64,000 bases of DNA. Origin: Lobosporangium transversale (taxonomy: Eukaryota). Where the stretch lies: assembly GCF_002105155.1 (NCBI RefSeq), contig NW_019028981.1, positions 310,001 through 374,000 of the forward strand, in the 5' to 3' direction. Below, one piece after another: positions 59,785 through 64,000 of this stretch. How positions within the stretch are numbered: the stretch's first letter is position 1; every line of letters starts with the position of its first letter. The translations under genes and the position numbers were made by a program. The notes below the pieces were generated by a model. That model did no database searches, had not been told where the DNA came from, and saw only the letters and a list, made by a program, of their open reading frames with translations.

Positions 59785-62700
59785 ATGAAGATCATCGATC
59801 GTATCAAAAAGGGCCAGGAGGAAGGCCGCATGCCTTTCTCATTCGAGTACTTCTCTCCCAAGACTGCTCAGGTAACGATCACTCCATGATTTTCTCTAGT
59901 TTTCTTAGCATCGAAAAAGTCCCTGTCAGATCGTTAGATCGAGACAAATCTAGATTTTTGGTGACTCAGCCCGTGAAAATATAAGCTTCACTCTCATGCT
60001 TGGTTCATTCCTGACCAAGAAGGCTTTCTGCGAAGGATTCTTCATAAAAACAGTCATTCGAACTTAAACAGTATGACAGCAATCTATATGACTAATTGGA
60101 ATAAACAGAAGGATAGTAGCTGAAGATCGCAGCAAATAGCTTCCATGTTTATGAAAGCAGAAATAGATGATCGTTACTGCGCATTCTTTTTTTGCCACTG
60201 CCATTCTTTGCAAGGATCATTGGTTTAGGAATAAAATGACACGGGGATTCCATCCCCATTGATTGGACTGACTCAATATGATAACAAGATCAATCTTCTG
60301 CAACTCTATTTGACATGATTCTCTCCATGCCCCTTTTCACACTGTCTTTACAATTGACGAGGGATAGGCGCCAATACGATAAAGCAGACTCATACAATAA
60401 AAATTAAAAAAAGGTTATTAATTATTTTGCCTCTTTTTTTTTTTTTTTTTTTTTTTTTTCTTACGATAGGGCATGGTCAATTTGCACGATCGCATCGAGA
60501 GAATGTGCCACCTTGGTCCTGAGTTCATTGATATCACTTGGGGTGCAGGTGGCTCCCGCCCTGCAGCCACACTTGAGGTCGTATCGAATGCTCAGAAAGT
60601 GTATGGTGTTGAGACATGCATGCACTTGATCTGCACCAATAACCCAACCGACAAGATTGACAAAGCCTTAAAAGTAAGTACACATATAATATATATAATA
60701 GTGATATCGGAAAACTTTGATTTCAATTGTTGATAGTATATATATTATATATACATGGATTCAATCTTCATCTCCGCTCTCAACCCCACTAATGTTCAAT
60801 GAGTGCACAGAAGCATAAACTGGGCATATTCTCGTTGGCTAAGAGCGAGCTAAGGTGGACTGTCCCTGATGGGAAGCAATCACAACATCATAGATGAAAG
60901 GAATCTCTGGTATTTCATTTGCTGAGGAGTGTGATTCCATGTGAGATGAAATGATGTGATATGGTGGTACTGTGCATACACTTTTTTATTGCCGAAATGT
61001 TTGGAAGAAAGCATGGACAGTAGGAAACAAAAGTCCATTTATTCTCATGACAGTTAACGAGAGTAGCGGGGCTCTTTTTTTTTTAAAAAAAAAAACAACA
61101 ACTTTGTAACCCCACCGCTTTTTACCTATTTCATATGATAATTAAAAGGATACTCTATTGTGGGTGGAGGAAAAAGGATTGGCATAAGTTCTTGGTAGTG
61201 TACGTGAAATAACAAAGAGGGGTGCAAGCGGACAATTCTTTTCTGAGATATGAAATGTTATCAATGATCGACTTCAGGGTTGATCTGCCCTTTTCTCTAC
61301 ATCCACATAGCCTGCCACCTCCCATCTTCTGCACCGCGTCACCTATTCGGTTGTTGTTTTTTGCAAAATAACAAACGAAATTAATTGTAAACAGAGATTG
61401 TGTCAACTAATCATATTTTTTTTCTTGAAATTATAGGAAGCTCGCGCTTGTGGCAACCAGAACATTCTTGCACTACGTGGAGACCCACCCCATGGTCAGT
61501 CTGAGTGGTCAGCTTGCGAGGGTGGTTTGGCATACGCAGCTGATCTTGTCCGTTACATCCGAAAGACCCATGGTGACTATTTTGGTATTGGTGTGGCAGG
61601 CTATCCTGAGAAACATGCCGAATCTCCTTCTATGGAGGCTGATCTGTTGCATCTTAAGGAGAAGGTTGACGCTGGTGCTGACTTCATTGTCACTCAACTC
61701 TTCTTTGATGTTCCTATGTTTTTTGAATGGGTCAAGAAATGTCGTGCTATTGGCATTACCTGCCCTATTATTCCTGGCATTATGCCTATCCAAGCCTATG
61801 CTAGTTTCAAGAAGAATATTGTCGGCGTGCACGTCCCTCAATGGATCTTAGATGGAGTTGAGCCCATTAAGGTATGCAGAAACAATACATTCAATAGTAT
61901 CAAAAATCAAAGAGCGCCACTAACTCAGCTTTCTAAATCATTTCATCGCCTCTAGAATGATGACCAAGCCATTCGTGCATTTGGTGTAGAGGTTGGTATT
62001 AAGATGACCCGTGAGCTTATTGATGGCGGTGCTTGTGGTATCCACTACTACACCTTCAACTTGGAGCGTAGCACACGTTTGATCCTTGAAGGAGCAGGTC
62101 TTGTCAATAAGACTGTCTACATCAAAAAGAACATGCCTTGGCGCTCAAGCTTTGATGAGAAGCGCAAGGAGGAGTCTGTGCGTCCCATTTTCTGGTCCAA
62201 TCGTACGAAATCATATATCAGCCGCACAGACAATTGGGATGAATTTCCTAACGGTCGCTGGGGTGACTCGCGCTCACCAGCTTATGGTGATCTTGACCGA
62301 TATGGTGTTTATTTAAAGTACACAGCAGAAGAAGCGCACCAACATTGGGGCTCGCCTGAAAAGCTCGAGGACATCTACAAGCTCTTTGTTAAGTTTTGCT
62401 GTGGTGAGATTCTGACACTGCCCTGGAGTGATCAGGCTCTAGCATTGGAGTCTGGAACCATCAAGGATCGTCTTGTTGAGCTCAATTCGTGTGGATATTT
62501 GACAATCAACTCACAGCCCGCAGTCAATGGTGCTAAGAGTGATGACAAGATTGTTGGATGGGGACCAAAGGGTGGCTATGTCTATCAGAAAGCCTACCTC
62601 GAGTTCTTTGTTTCGCCCGAAATTCTAGAAAAGCTCAAGATGCGCCTGTCCAAGTCCCCTCAGTTCACGTATATGGCTATCAATAAGACTGGAGACCTGC

Positions 62701-63149
62701 ACACCAATACGAACGGTAGCAAGCCTAATGCTGTCACCTGGGGTGTCTTCCCGGGCCGCGAGGTTGTTCAGCCTACAATTGTTGAGCTCTCCAGCTTTGA
62801 TGCATGGAAGGATGAAGCCTTTGCATTGTGGGAACAGTGGTCGAGATGCTATCCACAAAACTCCAAGTCTCATGAACTTTTGAACAACATTAATCAAACC
62901 TGGTATCTGGTCAACATTGTAAATAATGATTACCACGAGAAGGACGGTATCTTTGAGCTCTTCAAGGAAGATATATTGAAGCTTCAGGCTCAGCAGACTA
63001 TTGTCGCTGACGGCGATGTTAATGGTATAGATGTACGCACAGGGGCAAGTGGAGCCAATATGGACCAAATTACTGCTAAGTTCAAGGAGACTACTGTGGT
63101 CAGCCCTGAGGTTGAGCCCCTGATCGTTGAGCAACCTCTGCGTGTTTAG
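59785..63149 (+). CDS. MET13: Methylenetetrahydrofolate reductase (4 exons)
   Basis: FSFEYFSPKTAQG, FIDITWGAGG, NILALRGDPP, GADFIVTQLFFD, WDEFPNGRWGDSRSPAYG, NAVTWGVFPG; introns 59872-60469, 60674-61436, 61872-61955. Confidence 0.96.
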
Positions 63150-64000
63150 ACAGCAGTTTCTTTGATCTTAGAGTTGGATGAGAAAAAAAAAGGAAAAAAA
63201 ATGCTATGAGGAGCATTTTGAATGGACAAGAGAGTGTATAGAGTGGTTTTATTCTGCTTACCGTGTTGCCCCTGACCTTTGCCCTTTCCTGTTCATGTTC
63301 ATGATTGCCACACTCCTTTCAGAGTTTTTTTTTTTTTTTTTTTTTTTTTTCTTTCCTAGCCATGACGCGGCCTTTTTATTTTATTTTATTTTATTTTACG
63401 TTTCACTCATCAACATCTCTTCCGACATTTGTAATTGCCTGTTCAACACAGGACTCTTCTTTCCTTTTTTTTTTTTTTTTTTTTTTTTTTTGCTTTTTAA
63501 CATTATTGTACATTCCTTTCATTGTATACCTACGCTTGTTCAACACACCCTGTATATAAGTATGATTCCCATCCCTCCTTTTTTTATTTGATTTTATTTT
63601 ATATGCGGTACTAAGATCTTAACCCACAAGGTACTATTCAAATAAAAATAAGAAAACAAGAAAGAATTGCTTGTGATTTTTCAAATAGTATCATTGTCGC
63701 TCTTCTCGTTTATAAAGGTATAAAAGTCATGAACAATCCTGTCTATTTCTCTTCTCTTTGTACATACTTTTCGTACTTCAGAAAGCATTCTTCCACAACG
63801 AATCTTACGCTCTCTATGATATGTTATTATTACTGCTTATCGTTATAAGTAAAGTAGTGGCTTCTTTCTCAGCTCGTGCTAATACATTATCGTATCGATC
63901 ATCTACTCTAGCGCTAGGTTGTGAGTTCCAAGTGTCGGTCATTTACTACCAGCGCGAAATGGAGGGCTATTTGGTAGCCAAGCCATTTATGTCCAGGGAA

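Overview
Eukaryotic, intron-rich fungal DNA with long poly(T)/poly(A) tracts. The gene content and style suggest an early-diverging fungus, probably Mortierellaceae (inference, not searched). The window opens inside a 353-bp tandem repeat next to a Crinkler/PD-(D/E)xK-like gene. It then runs through housekeeping genes: SDA1, an ADAM metalloprotease, an alcohol acetyltransferase-like gene, a SAM-domain kinesin-13, peroxisomal hydratase-2, a Yap-like bZIP, an INO4-like bHLH, a possible GPS2-like gene, an Sds3/Dep1-like gene, CDC55, TPC1, THR1, ZUO1, glucosylceramide synthase, ERG25 and MTHFR. The main accessory region is ~20.7-24.5 kb around a tRNA-Thr(CGT) gene. It holds nested non-LTR retrotransposon pieces sharing a 3' stem-loop plus poly(A) tail, a 70-bp retro-insertion with an 18-bp target-site duplication (TSD), an LTR-like structured segment, and a 639-bp Mutator-type non-autonomous element with 23-bp terminal inverted repeats (TIRs) and a 9-bp TSD. 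A decayed relic at ~57.7-59.2 kb resembles a multicopy Mortierella family that I recall ending in a TnpB/Fanzor-like RuvC domain. The ERG25 start codon appears split by a 538-nt intron (AT|G; unspliced reads ATG-TAA). Exon boundaries were read by eye and are approximate unless stated.
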